Positions 40,469 through 50,210 of a stretch of DNA of 64,000 nucleotides are shown in pieces. Source of the stretch: a virus (lineage: Duplodnaviria > Heunggongvirae > Uroviricota > Caudoviricetes). Position numbers and translations under genes: made by a program. Location of the stretch: the IMG/VR virus record IMGVR_UViG_2645727811_000003, positions 1 through 64,000 of that record, one strand, 5' to 3'. How positions within the stretch are numbered: position 1 is the stretch's first letter; every line of letters begins with the position of its first letter. Under the pieces are notes generated by a model. That model was not told the DNA's origin. It saw only the letters and a program-made list of their open reading frames with translations, and made no database searches.

Positions 40469-41524
40469 CTAAAAATATTCGCGAGAGCTTTCCAAAAGTC
40501 CCTTTAAATAATAATGTAATCCCAGATCGTTATCATCGTGCTCCATGAAATCTAACTGGTCAAGCATTTTTTTGGCCTGTTGCTTAGAACCTTTTCTTAT
40601 AAGATAATGAACAACTTCTTGCCTGTCCATTATTTCATTAGATTGTATATTCAAATATTGATTCTCTTTCCCCCATAGATTTTCTAGGAAACAAAGATTT
40701 CTAATCGCATGTTGCTCATAAATTTTGTTTCCTTTGCCAACTTCTAAACCTTTCAAAAAACTGCTTTTTGATTTCTCGTAATCATCTAACATTAAAGAAC
40801 TTCCATACGTGAGGTATGAGAAAAAAATGATCCTCTTCACATTTGAATTCTCTATCCCATGTCTTGCGTATTCTTGTGCTTTCTCAATCTCATTGTTTCC
40901 AAAGAAGCAGTTTGCCAGTAATAGCATATAGCGACTCTTAAACGAATGATAAACATAATTTTGATTACTGATTGTGTCAATCAAGACACTATCACTCATA
41001 TCTTTTAATCTACCAAATTGCTTTAAAGGTAGTATGGCATACATGGGGATAATCCTAGAGTAAACCTTCATTTCAGATGATTTGGGGTGTATTTCAGCCA
41101 ACAGCCTAATGCACTCTTCAATACCAATGTTGCCTTTGTCTAGCTCTCTTTGGGCTGCATAGACTTTTCCCCATTCTTTACTAACTGAATTCTTTGCAGA
41201 CACCATTTTCTTAATATGTTTATCTAGAGTGTCATATAGCTGATTTACACTAAGGTATTCTAAGCCTTGCCTTGCTGCAGATTTATTTATGTCTAATGTC
41301 AATATGTATTCACTCATTAAATCAAACTCATATTCCGGGGAAATCTTCTGAATCACGTCAATGATACCTTGAATATTATCCATTTCTTTCTTTTCATTGT
41401 AAATGAAATGATGAAAGCCTGACGAGTTAGAGTATCCTGCTATTCGTGCAAGCTCCTTTTCGAGTCCGCGTTCTTCTTCACATTTATTCTTTAAAAAATT
41501 TTTCAACTCCAATTCTTTCACCAC
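40469..41524 (-). CDS. aimR: arbitrium receptor AimR (TPR/RNPP-family peptide-sensing regulator)
   Basis: 351 aa. The C-terminal block FSYLTYGSSLML...FLKGL...CFLENLWGKEN...LDQLDFMEHDDNDLGLHYYLKGLLE closely parallels phi3T/SPbeta AimR. Confidence 0.8.
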   Translation of the reverse strand: MVKELELKNFLKNKCEEERGLEKELARIAGYSNSSGFHHFIYNEKKEMDNIQGIIDVIQKISPEYEFDLMSEYILTLDINKSAARQGLEYLSVNQLYDTLDKHIKKMVSAKNSVSKEWGKVYAAQRELDKGNIGIEECIRLLAEIHPKSSEMKVYSRIIPMYAILPLKQFGRLKDMSDSVLIDTISNQNYVYHSFKSRYMLLLANCFFGNNEIEKAQEYARHGIENSNVKRIIFFSYLTYGSSLMLDDYEKSKSSFLKGLEVGKGNKIYEQHAIRNLCFLENLWGKENQYLNIQSNEIMDRQEVVHYLIRKGSKQQAKKMLDQLDFMEHDDNDLGLHYYLKGLLESSREYF

Positions 41525-41704
41525 GTTTCCCCTTAGAATATATGTTTATAATAGCATTCTAAATCAAAACGGTCAATATATTTCTTTTAATTAGTTTTAA
41601 TAAAATTCGTATTTTATTAAAGAATAAGCGTTACATAGTTCTTTTCACTATAACTGATGATTGAAGAAAAGAAGCCCTAAAAAACAAAGGCTTCTTTTCT
41701 TCAA

Positions 41705-42175
41705 TCAATATTTTCTTAATGGGATCTTTCCAATAAAGTTTTTCAATGAAATTTTATAATGGTGCTCAATGTCTCGTCCAAGTCTTTCATGAAGCATTTC
41801 CATTTGTTCAATAATGTAATTAAGGCCAAATACATTATATAATTGTTGAGTTTCCCAAATAGTCGTTAGTCGAGCCTTATTGTCAAATGGTATCAATGAA
41901 ATAATGGGCTCGTCCTCCTCATACTCCATGGTGTAATATCTATACTCTACAACTTTGTTTTTTTTCTTGATCTTTTTAATCCACTCATTCAAAGAAGCGT
42001 AAAACTCTAGTAGGGCAATATTTTCTTCGAAATACACAATTCCATTTATTTTTATTTTAAATTCCCCCTCAACTCTCATCGCTGCTGAAGGGTCTTTTTT
42101 CATTTTTTTTGGGATATCTGCTTCTTCGGATGTGAACTTATAAATAAATTCTACTTGATTGGATACGCCGTCCAT
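41705..42175 (-). CDS. hypothetical cytoplasmic protein (156 aa), candidate immunity/partner of the upstream secreted protein
   Basis: Overlaps the 3' end of the secreted-protein gene by 25 nt, indicating translational coupling. Confidence 0.45.
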   Translation of the reverse strand: MDGVSNQVEFIYKFTSEEADIPKKMKKDPSAAMRVEGEFKIKINGIVYFEENIALLEFYASLNEWIKKIKKKNKVVEYRYYTMEYEEDEPIISLIPFDNKARLTTIWETQQLYNVFGLNYIIEQMEMLHERLGRDIEHHYKISLKNFIGKIPLRKY

Positions 42176-43011
42176 ATCTTACCATCCCATCCTATTACTA
42201 TTTTTATTTTTGTCTCACCTTTTGTTCCGATTTTCTTTTTTAAATTTGCAGTGATGACAAATGATAATTTTTTATTATCATTTATAGTAAAGGAAAGATT
42301 CTTGGATTGTAAAGCCTCCTTTATCCATTTATTCACTGTGCTTTTACTTGTAGTATTAAATTTTCTGTATCTACCTCCGGCATTACTGAGATGTTTATTG
42401 CTAACAGAAAACTTTGAAACTTTTTTTATAGCCTGCTTAATTGCTGTTTTTTTAAATGTTTTTATAATAAGTTTTTTCCCGTATTTTTTAATAGCCCACT
42501 TTATACCAAACTTAGCAACAACTCCAACTATTATTGCAGGGACGATGGAAGCTTGAGCTTCTAAGGTGCTAATTTTATAATGTTCGCCCGTTTTTTGATC
42601 CACAAACGTAGCTTTAAAATCAGTCCCCTCAATCTCTTCAATCAATACATTGTAATGGTTAATTTCTTTTTCACCGTTTTCTAATTCTCTAATACCAGTA
42701 ACTGTGATTTCACCGGTTTCCTGATTAATATTCATATCAGTTTGAATATTAGCATTCTCAGCTTCAAGCTTAGTAGTAACATTCACTTCATCTGAATTTT
42801 CTTCAACAGCCATCTCAATATCTTTTTCAAGAGCAACCCCAAACTCTTTTTCAACATTTACTTCATACGCTTTATTTGTATTTTCTTCAATACCTACAGT
42901 TTTGGTATCGTTCTCAATTTTATTTTCAATTGTTTCTGCGCTTGCAAACCCAGGTAAAACCCCAGATAAAACTAACGTAAATATAAGAATTCTTATTAAA
43001 GTCTTTTTCAC
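42151..43011 (-). CDS. secreted pro-protein: signal peptide, acidic N/E-rich pro-region, basic amphipathic segment, ~85-aa C-terminal domain
   Basis: MKKTLIRILIFTLVLSGVLPGFASA signal; the C-terminus is ...AGGRYRKF...IGTKGETKIKIVIGWDGKIWTAYPIK; immediately downstream of an S8 protease. Confidence 0.5.
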   Translation of the reverse strand: MKKTLIRILIFTLVLSGVLPGFASAETIENKIENDTKTVGIEENTNKAYEVNVEKEFGVALEKDIEMAVEENSDEVNVTTKLEAENANIQTDMNINQETGEITVTGIRELENGEKEINHYNVLIEEIEGTDFKATFVDQKTGEHYKISTLEAQASIVPAIIVGVVAKFGIKWAIKKYGKKLIIKTFKKTAIKQAIKKVSKFSVSNKHLSNAGGRYRKFNTTSKSTVNKWIKEALQSKNLSFTINDNKKLSFVITANLKKKIGTKGETKIKIVIGWDGKIWTAYPIK

Positions 43012-43012
43012 A

Positions 43013-43945
43013 CTACTTCTCTCCTTTGTTACAAATAATCATTCCATGACCAAACTCTTTGTCATACCCGGAACTACCTAAATCAACCGCATACTTCTTG
43101 AGTGTTTGATGAAAATTTTCTTTAGATATTTTCTTTTTTGAAATTAAACAGCCAATAGCACCAGTTGCAAACGCAGTTGCAAAGGATGTGCCTCCTACCT
43201 TTATATAACTTCCGTCTTTATTTATTGATTTTATATTTACTCCTGGAGCTGAAAAATCAATTTTGCCTTTTGCTGATACCGGATCAATTTTCAATTTTTC
43301 ATCAAAAGAGGAAATAGATAAGACTCCTCTATATTTCGCTGGGTATTCAACAGTAAGGCCTAAAGTATTTCCAGAGGCAGCAGTAATAATTATGTTGTTA
43401 TGTAAAGCATTGTTAATAGCATTACGCAAGTCATCGTAGTCTTTTTCAAATCCAAAGCTTATATTAATAATGTCTATTTTTTGTTCAATACACCAATTGA
43501 TTCCCCTAACAACATCCTTAACTTTGCCTTTGCCACTACTATCTAGTACTTTAACATCATATAAAGTAGCATTCTGTGAAATCCCTTTTATCTCTTCACC
43601 GCCTGCAGCTATTATTCCAGCAATTGCTGTACCGTGACCATACTCATCTTTAACGGATTTACTAGGGGCAATAGCATTGTATTCATAAAAGGTTATATTA
43701 TTAAACTCTTTATGTGACTTATTAATGCCACTATCAAGAATAGCTATTTTGACAGGCTCTGTATCATTATTGCGCGCTTCTTGGCCAATAATTTCATACC
43801 CCCACATCAGGTCTTCTTTCTTATTTGTACTAGATGTAGCACTCCTATCTTTAGAAATATCACCAATACACATCAAATATAAGCCAACTGCAAAAATCAC
43901 AAATAAGCAAGAAACAAATAGAAACACAATCTTCGATCTTTTCAT
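43013..43945 (-). CDS. membrane-anchored subtilisin-like S8 serine protease
   Basis: N-terminal TM, then catalytic triad motifs AILDSGI (Asp), HGTAIAG (His) and GTSFATA (Ser). Confidence 0.75.
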   Translation of the reverse strand: MKRSKIVFLFVSCLFVIFAVGLYLMCIGDISKDRSATSSTNKKEDLMWGYEIIGQEARNNDTEPVKIAILDSGINKSHKEFNNITFYEYNAIAPSKSVKDEYGHGTAIAGIIAAGGEEIKGISQNATLYDVKVLDSSGKGKVKDVVRGINWCIEQKIDIINISFGFEKDYDDLRNAINNALHNNIIITAASGNTLGLTVEYPAKYRGVLSISSFDEKLKIDPVSAKGKIDFSAPGVNIKSINKDGSYIKVGGTSFATAFATGAIGCLISKKKISKENFHQTLKKYAVDLGSSGYDKEFGHGMIICNKGEK

Positions 43946-44132
43946 TCAGGCTTCCTTCTCACAAACAATATTTAAAAATTCAAATAAATAACCTCATTCC
44001 CCCCCTTCTCACTAAAACATAAGATTATATTAACCTATAGTATAATGTATGTAAACACCTTTTGTTACAATATAATCATTTTTATCAATGCATTTCCATT
44101 CATGTATAAAAGGAACAATTTTATTGTTAAGT

Positions 44133-44348
44133 CTACCTCTCTCCTATTACGTTATTAAGATGCTCTTTTAGGAACATCTCAAACTCATCATCCCTAATAA
44201 AGACTTCTTTCTCTACATATCCAGTCTGCCGCATAATGTAGTCACTTTTCAAAGTCTCAATGAGTTGCAAAAAGCTTTTGTCGTGCTGCTGCTCCCATAT
44301 TTGAGTAATCACCCCTGCAATTCTGTTAATTCGCTCATCGTCTCTCAT
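44133..44348 (-). CDS. hypothetical small protein (71 aa)
   Basis: Immediately downstream of the HEPN-motif gene. Confidence 0.4.
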   Translation of the reverse strand: MRDDERINRIAGVITQIWEQQHDKSFLQLIETLKSDYIMRQTGYVEKEVFIRDDEFEMFLKEHLNNVIGER

Positions 44349-44385
44349 GAAACACCTCCAAATGACTTTAAAACAATTATTTTAT

Positions 44386-45816
44386 TTAAACTTTAGTTTC
44401 TTTGTTCAAAAATTTCTTTGCGGAATTCAAAATAAATTCAAATTCTGAATGTGGGTCTTGTAAATTAGTTAAAATTCGCTTTTCATCAATTCCAAGCTCT
44501 TTCAGTATTATTATTGCAAGAATTAATGTTAACCTGAATGATGCATAGTATTTTTCATGAGGGTCATGCAATATCTGCATTTTTTGAGACTGATCATAAT
44601 GTGTTAAATAGTTTCGTGTTTCGACTACTTGTTGGATAAACCTAGTCTTATTCCTGCTGTTTCCAATAATATATCTATTCGTTTCTTCTAATAATTCTTT
44701 CAATAAACTTCTCAATCGTTTGCCTAAATTATATTCGTTCCCATGTTTGAATTTATCTAAGAATAACTTTTTAGCTTCTACATTTTCAATATTTACTTCA
44801 ATGAACTCTCTGATTTTATCTACATTTTCAGTGTAAACCTGTTCGTTAATCTGAGTGTCTTCCCGGAACCTTCTATGAAATATCTCTAAAGCTTGAACAG
44901 CTTTAATGAACTTAGACTCAATATATTCATCTTTAAAGCTACTTAGGTATAAACTGATAATAGTATTTAAGCTTTCCTTTTTCTCAAACCATTTATTAAG
45001 AATATTCTCGAACTGTCCTTGAATTTCATTGTATTTAAAGAAAAATCTTTTTTTAAGATTGCTACTACCTATACTTGTATTATCCGGGATTGTAAAATAT
45101 TTAAAAGTATAAGGGAAAGATTCACCACTTTTTATTAATTTTATATTTATATTTGAGAGTGGCTGATGAAGTATGAGATTTAAAAATTGAACAATTGATT
45201 GAATTTTATCTAAAAACCAATTGAGATCCTTTTCTGTAATAGGTCTAATTCTAAAGCTCGACGTATGAGAAAGTGAAACTTGATCACTGTACTTGTAATT
45301 TCGTTTAGTATTTAAAGTGTGAATTTCAGATATAGACGCATCAATACAAGGAATATTATATTTATAGACAGTTGGAGTATAATATTCAACTGATTTTTTT
45401 TCTCTTTCATCAGACTCTTTGAATCCTCGTTTACCTATCCATCTCGTCAATTCATCAGTGAGTAATTCTGCATAATCAAAGTGTTGTGGAAACTCTTCTA
45501 TATAATTTCCTGCAATAAAGCTTTTAATTCTATAAATTTCTGTAGGAATTCCCGGAATATTCGTTTCGACTTTTACTCTTCCTAGAACATCAACTTTAAA
45601 CTTTTCACCTTTAACAGACAAGCCATAAATTGTTTCCGGTATTTTATTTTCGGAACCGAAAAAATCATCATCCCCTATTACACCTATTAATTCTAAAGTG
45701 ATGTTTCTAGGTGAATATTTTAGAGTCCCTGTTAATTTCTCAGGGTACTCATCTGTCCACCATAATCCCATAACTTCAAAAGTGTCTAAAGACTCACATT
45801 TCAGTGTTTTTACCAT
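44386..45816 (-). CDS. large protein (476 aa) with a C-terminal HEPN-like Rx4H motif; candidate abortive-infection RNase
   Basis: ETRNYLTHYDQ (R-x4-H) lies in a predicted helical C-terminal region. The protein is standalone and within the accessory island. Confidence 0.45.
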   Translation of the reverse strand: MVKTLKCESLDTFEVMGLWWTDEYPEKLTGTLKYSPRNITLELIGVIGDDDFFGSENKIPETIYGLSVKGEKFKVDVLGRVKVETNIPGIPTEIYRIKSFIAGNYIEEFPQHFDYAELLTDELTRWIGKRGFKESDEREKKSVEYYTPTVYKYNIPCIDASISEIHTLNTKRNYKYSDQVSLSHTSSFRIRPITEKDLNWFLDKIQSIVQFLNLILHQPLSNINIKLIKSGESFPYTFKYFTIPDNTSIGSSNLKKRFFFKYNEIQGQFENILNKWFEKKESLNTIISLYLSSFKDEYIESKFIKAVQALEIFHRRFREDTQINEQVYTENVDKIREFIEVNIENVEAKKLFLDKFKHGNEYNLGKRLRSLLKELLEETNRYIIGNSRNKTRFIQQVVETRNYLTHYDQSQKMQILHDPHEKYYASFRLTLILAIIILKELGIDEKRILTNLQDPHSEFEFILNSAKKFLNKETKV

Positions 45817-45869
45817 ATTGCTTCCCCTTTTGCATTATGCCTTGTTTAAAACTTAATAAAACGATGTTT

Positions 45870-46247
45870 TTATTCATTTTCATTGTATTCAAGATATAAG
45901 TTAAGCCATTCTTCTTCCTCTGGGAATGGCTCCTTATTTGTACGATACCATCCATTAAAGTATGCTACCAAATGCATCATTATCTCTTCTGCTCGTCCTT
46001 TAGAATCCATTCCTAATTGAGTAAAACCACTTTTGCTGCTTAATGGATCTTTATCTCCTGGTTTATCAAACTGAACAAGAGCTATATAATATCTTCTGAG
46101 TCTGTGCCAAAAGGTAATGCTTCCCCCGAAATGGTCTCCAAAATGCATTACATCTATTTTCGGCTTAAAGCCTCTTAATTTTAAATAATCAGCGATCACT
46201 TTAGCACCAAATTCTTGATCTATTTGCCCTCTTTCTTTGAGTACCAA
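45870..46247 (-). CDS. hypothetical protein (125 aa)
   Basis: ORF track. Confidence 0.4.
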   Translation of the reverse strand: MVLKERGQIDQEFGAKVIADYLKLRGFKPKIDVMHFGDHFGGSITFWHRLRRYYIALVQFDKPGDKDPLSSKSGFTQLGMDSKGRAEEIMMHLVAYFNGWYRTNKEPFPEEEEWLNLYLEYNENE

Positions 46248-46543
46248 AATTAACCCCTTTCTACGTAAAATGATTATTTTATCTGATTACCATTATACAA
46301 CAAAGTAAAGAATTATTGGCCGAAATGTGCAAGAGATAATATAAGCGCAGTCAACCCCAAACACATAACACCAATAAAGATTAAACTGTTTCTCCAATTT
46401 TCAATAATCAACTCAATCACTACTCGTTCACACTTTTAATTTGTTTTAATTTGATTAAATTGGCCGTAATTACTGTCAGCGGCTGTTATGTCATTATCAA
46501 TATTTTATTTATTCTTTTAATTAGTATTTAAAACGATAATGCT

Positions 46544-46981
46544 TTATTTTTCATCGATGTAGTTGTACCAAGAATATCCGAAAGGATCATAGCCGTTAGC
46601 ATTTAATTTTACGCCAGCTTTTTCAAAATCATCCAATGTCCAATTTAACAAGTTATTCAATTCATCAAGCGTGTCTCCATTATAATCACCACCAAAACGC
46701 AGTTCATTGATTAGCTTTACATTGTTCGCATTTTTGATAATTATTGCTGTTTCAGTTTGAAAAACTCGCCCAACACCACTTTCAATATCTTCTTCCTCAA
46801 GCTCATAACCTGCAACGTTTAGAAAAACTACAGCATTTTCATCTTCATGCAATTCAAAAAAGTAGCTAAAAACATTGTTGTTTAATTTGTTGGCTTCCAT
46901 CAAGCCTTCAATGTCTTCAATCCTTTTACTACTGCTAAATTCATTCCATTCGATATCAATTTTAACTTTAGGTAGTTTCAT
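46544..46981 (-). CDS. hypothetical acidic protein (145 aa)
   Basis: ORF track. Confidence 0.4.
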   Translation of the reverse strand: MKLPKVKIDIEWNEFSSSKRIEDIEGLMEANKLNNNVFSYFFELHEDENAVVFLNVAGYELEEEDIESGVGRVFQTETAIIIKNANNVKLINELRFGGDYNGDTLDELNNLLNWTLDDFEKAGVKLNANGYDPFGYSWYNYIDEK

Positions 46982-47073
46982 TTAGTCTCCCCATTTCTTT
47001 AAAATAGATCTGTATTTGAGTATCAAAGTTTGTTATTCTTATAAAGCTGACTTTATTTTATGAAGGTGATTTC

Positions 47074-47253
47074 ATGGAGAAAGAGTTTGAAACAAAAGGG
47101 TTTGACACATCCACTGTGTACGATTATAAAGAGTATCCTGATGTACATTACGGCCGCTGCGACAATTGCGACTATACACTTTTCAAGAGCTCGGTTAAAG
47201 ACGGTATATTCCTTCGTGAATGTCGCCGCTGCGGGATGCTGAAGAGCATTTAA
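47074..47253 (+). CDS. zinc-ribbon mini-protein (59 aa), convergent with the RES-domain gene
   Basis: RBS GAAGGTGA. MEKEFETKGFDTSTVYDYKEYPDVHYGRCDNCDYTLFKSSVKDGIFLRECRRCGMLKSI was translated by hand; it falls below the ORF-track cutoff. Confidence 0.45.
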   Translation: MEKEFETKGFDTSTVYDYKEYPDVHYGRCDNCDYTLFKSSVKDGIFLRECRRCGMLKSI

Positions 47254-47268
47254 TTAATGCTCTTCAGC
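47238..47268. terminator. perfect 13-bp inverted repeat, a bidirectional terminator; both stop codons lie in the loop
   Basis: GCTGAAGAGCATT-taatta-ATGCTCTTCAGC. Confidence 0.6.
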
Positions 47269-48585
47269 TTGTGTATTTGTTAATAAGCTTTCTAATTTCC
47301 CAAAATCCGTATGCCAATACGATATTTTCGCACCCTTTATTAATTCTATTTCTAACTTATTATTAGGGTCTTCAAATTTATGATGGTGAGTTACAAGGCT
47401 CGCTCGGTATATCTGGTAAGACTGCCACGGTACTGCCGGAGATATTTTGGCAAACTTTTTACGCAACTCCTCGCAGTAACCTTTTGGTTCTATTTTTTTT
47501 ACGGGGAAAACATAATTTTTATATAAATCTGCGTTTTTAGAGTTGTATTCCTTAAATTTGGTTGAGAAATAACAAATCCCGTCAAAGTTGCTTGAGAGAC
47601 GTACCCATTGTAATAATAGTTGTGGAATTATATATTCAACTTTGAAGACATCATTTGGATTTTTAACACGTATTGAACAAGCAGCGAGTAAAACCCAAAG
47701 TGCTAAATACTTTTTTAGCTCATAACTTACTATCCCCTGGTCAATAAGCATCCAAAAAGTTTCTCTAACATTATCAACTATAGTTTTAGGAGGGAGCGAT
47801 ATGTCTAAAAAACTTAATTTTTCATTTGGAATAAAGAGTGAGGTTTGAACTTTATTTAAATCTGGCCTTCCCAACTCTTCCCAGCAGACAAGTGTAGAAC
47901 TTCCTAAGTAAAGACAAGGGAAACCAGGAATACTATAACGATTTGTTTGAATTATGCCGCGTTTTTCGAAAGGTATGTGAAACATGTCATCAATAGTGTA
48001 AGCTTCGTTATTCCCAATTCTCATTCTATACAAATACCTAAGCGGAGTATCAAAATCCGATCTTAATTTATCAAGTGTGTCTTCTTTGTTTAATAGTTCC
48101 ATTCCTTGATCTAGTTTCTTGAAAGCTAACGCTGGCTGTCCATCCAAATATTTTTGAATGGCATTTAAAATAAACTCCTTAAATTCCCTTAAAAATTGAA
48201 CGTCTTTTTTTTCGAGATATTTATTTTCTGGCAACTCATCGAGTTCTTTTATAAACGTCTCAAAAAAATCGCAGACAAAACTTTCAAAATCCTCTTCTGC
48301 TCTCTCGATAGGAAGGTCGCCTTTCTCTCTAATTAATTTTAGAATTGGAACAATTTCAGCCCATTCTATTAAATGATTAATTCTAACCTCTGAATTGAAA
48401 AAGTCCCTATTTATCTTTATTTCTTCACTTTGTTGCACACTAATATTTTTATCAAATTTAGGTTTTATCTCCATTGATTTATACAGATCAAAAGCAATAT
48501 TTTTAATCTTATCATCCACACACTGTTTTTCATCTAAAATTGCTTTTAGGTGACCCTTCCTTCTATATAGTTCATCTGTTTTCAT
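47254..48585 (-). CDS. RES-domain protein (443 aa) with N- and C-terminal extensions; candidate NAD+-targeting toxin/defence effector
   Basis: Central NRYSIPGFPCLYLGSSTLVCWEELGR matches the RES (Arg-Glu-Ser) toxin core (R-x-N..G.P.lYla.s...a..E). Confidence 0.55.
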   Translation of the reverse strand: MKTDELYRRKGHLKAILDEKQCVDDKIKNIAFDLYKSMEIKPKFDKNISVQQSEEIKINRDFFNSEVRINHLIEWAEIVPILKLIREKGDLPIERAEEDFESFVCDFFETFIKELDELPENKYLEKKDVQFLREFKEFILNAIQKYLDGQPALAFKKLDQGMELLNKEDTLDKLRSDFDTPLRYLYRMRIGNNEAYTIDDMFHIPFEKRGIIQTNRYSIPGFPCLYLGSSTLVCWEELGRPDLNKVQTSLFIPNEKLSFLDISLPPKTIVDNVRETFWMLIDQGIVSYELKKYLALWVLLAACSIRVKNPNDVFKVEYIIPQLLLQWVRLSSNFDGICYFSTKFKEYNSKNADLYKNYVFPVKKIEPKGYCEELRKKFAKISPAVPWQSYQIYRASLVTHHHKFEDPNNKLEIELIKGAKISYWHTDFGKLESLLTNTQAEEH

Positions 48586-48858
48586 CTACTCACCTCGTTA
48601 TCTATATCTATTATTGAGCAGCCCACATACGTTCAAACTTGTTTCTATAGGTTTCCTGTTTCAATTAAATACAGCGCCTTCAATTAAAATTGTCATTTTA
48701 TCGCAATCATTATTTCAAATGATATCCTTAATTTCATCAACAGATAAGCGAATAAATCCTTCATCACTGGTGCATAAATCATAGCGTACAGTTTCACTCG
48801 GTTCAGGATCATTCAATAGCTCTCGAACATGATTTCGCTTTCCATAAAAATCGTAGTT

Positions 48859-49686
48859 TTATTTTATTGCAGAAAGTTCTATTCGAGGATTAGATAGCTG
48901 CCTTTCGATTTTGACTATAGCTTTTGTCATTTCGATTATAACTACTGAATTTTCTTCGGTAACAGTTGGCTCTTTAATGCTACCGTGTCCAGCAAGGGGT
49001 TCTTTATTTCTTCTTTTGTATATCTCCTCAATATATTCCAGAATTTGTTTGGGTATTCTAGAATGTTTCTTATATAAGTCAAAAAAGCTCCTCAAAGTTT
49101 GATCTTGTATCTTATCGTTACTTTTTAGGATATCCTTTGCCAAAGTTTCATAAATATTAGCAGCAGCCTGTAACACCCCTGAATAATGTTTATTTTCATG
49201 CAAGAGTTTCATTCTCTCAATTTCTTTTCTAATGTTAGGGTGCTCTTCATCGGATAATTCATCTAACTCTTCGATAGGCTTTATTATCAGTTTACCTTTA
49301 TCAAATTTAAAAGATAGATTTCCGTCTTTAAGTATTTCATTTACTTCATTTTCATTTAATAAATTAACACTAATATAGTCACTTATGATCTCTACAAACT
49401 TAACGGTATTAGGTCTAAACATAATCAATTCAATTTCACTAGAATGCCACGCATATTCAATCATAAGATAGTCTCCCTCAGGCCCAGCTTCTAAAAGATA
49501 TTTTTGCCTGCCAATTACGGAGTTTGCAATGTTAATAAACCTATTTTGCTGATAAATTGTAAATATTTCATTCTCGTGCTGACATTTTACTCTGATTAAG
49601 CGAGTGAATTTCAACCTTGTGTCATATGGGATATATTCTTTTTCCAATTCTTTTTTATTGCTTTTATCTAGCTCCAGCATTAACAC
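48859..49686 (-). CDS. hypothetical protein (275 aa)
   Basis: C-terminal ...RRNKEPLAGHGSIKEP; function not recognised. Confidence 0.45.
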   Translation of the reverse strand: MLMLELDKSNKKELEKEYIPYDTRLKFTRLIRVKCQHENEIFTIYQQNRFINIANSVIGRQKYLLEAGPEGDYLMIEYAWHSSEIELIMFRPNTVKFVEIISDYISVNLLNENEVNEILKDGNLSFKFDKGKLIIKPIEELDELSDEEHPNIRKEIERMKLLHENKHYSGVLQAAANIYETLAKDILKSNDKIQDQTLRSFFDLYKKHSRIPKQILEYIEEIYKRRNKEPLAGHGSIKEPTVTEENSVVIIEMTKAIVKIERQLSNPRIELSAIK

Positions 49687-49904
49687 AACTCCTTAAAAGA
49701 CTGGTTTTATTCAATCTCTTCGCAATAATCTTTAGCGTATTCAGAATCAGTATCGCATACAGCCTTATCACCTTTCATCAAGGTCAATTCCCCTTGCCAA
49801 GGCTTTACGGTTAATACATCCCCCACTGCGGCACCTGTTTCCTTCCGCAATATCCTTGATCACTCTATATTTCTGCTCCATAAATACTCCCCCGCTTCCT
49901 TCTT

Positions 49905-50198
49905 CTAAAAATATTTCTTTCCTTTGTTGCTTTCCTTGATCTTATGTAGCAGCTCATTCATTTCTTTAGCATCGTCTTCAGGAAGCAAATCAGACTTTAA
50001 AAGAAATTCGTTTGCTTCCCCAACCACATGCGCGGTCATTTCCATACAATCTAAATGGATCTTGGATAATTCGCGGAGCTCTTCTTTTGTAATTGATCCA
50101 TCATGAAGTTTAAACAGCAACTCTTTCAATCTTTCGATATGCGTGCTAAAAATTAAAGATCTGACTGAAGTTGAGCTGTTATCCATTTGATTTATCAT
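49905..50198 (-). CDS. hypothetical small protein (97 aa)
   Basis: ORF track. Confidence 0.4.
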   Translation of the reverse strand: MINQMDNSSTSVRSLIFSTHIERLKELLFKLHDGSITKEELRELSKIHLDCMEMTAHVVGEANEFLLKSDLLPEDDAKEMNELLHKIKESNKGKKYF

Positions 50199-50210
50199 CC
50201 TTTATTAAAA

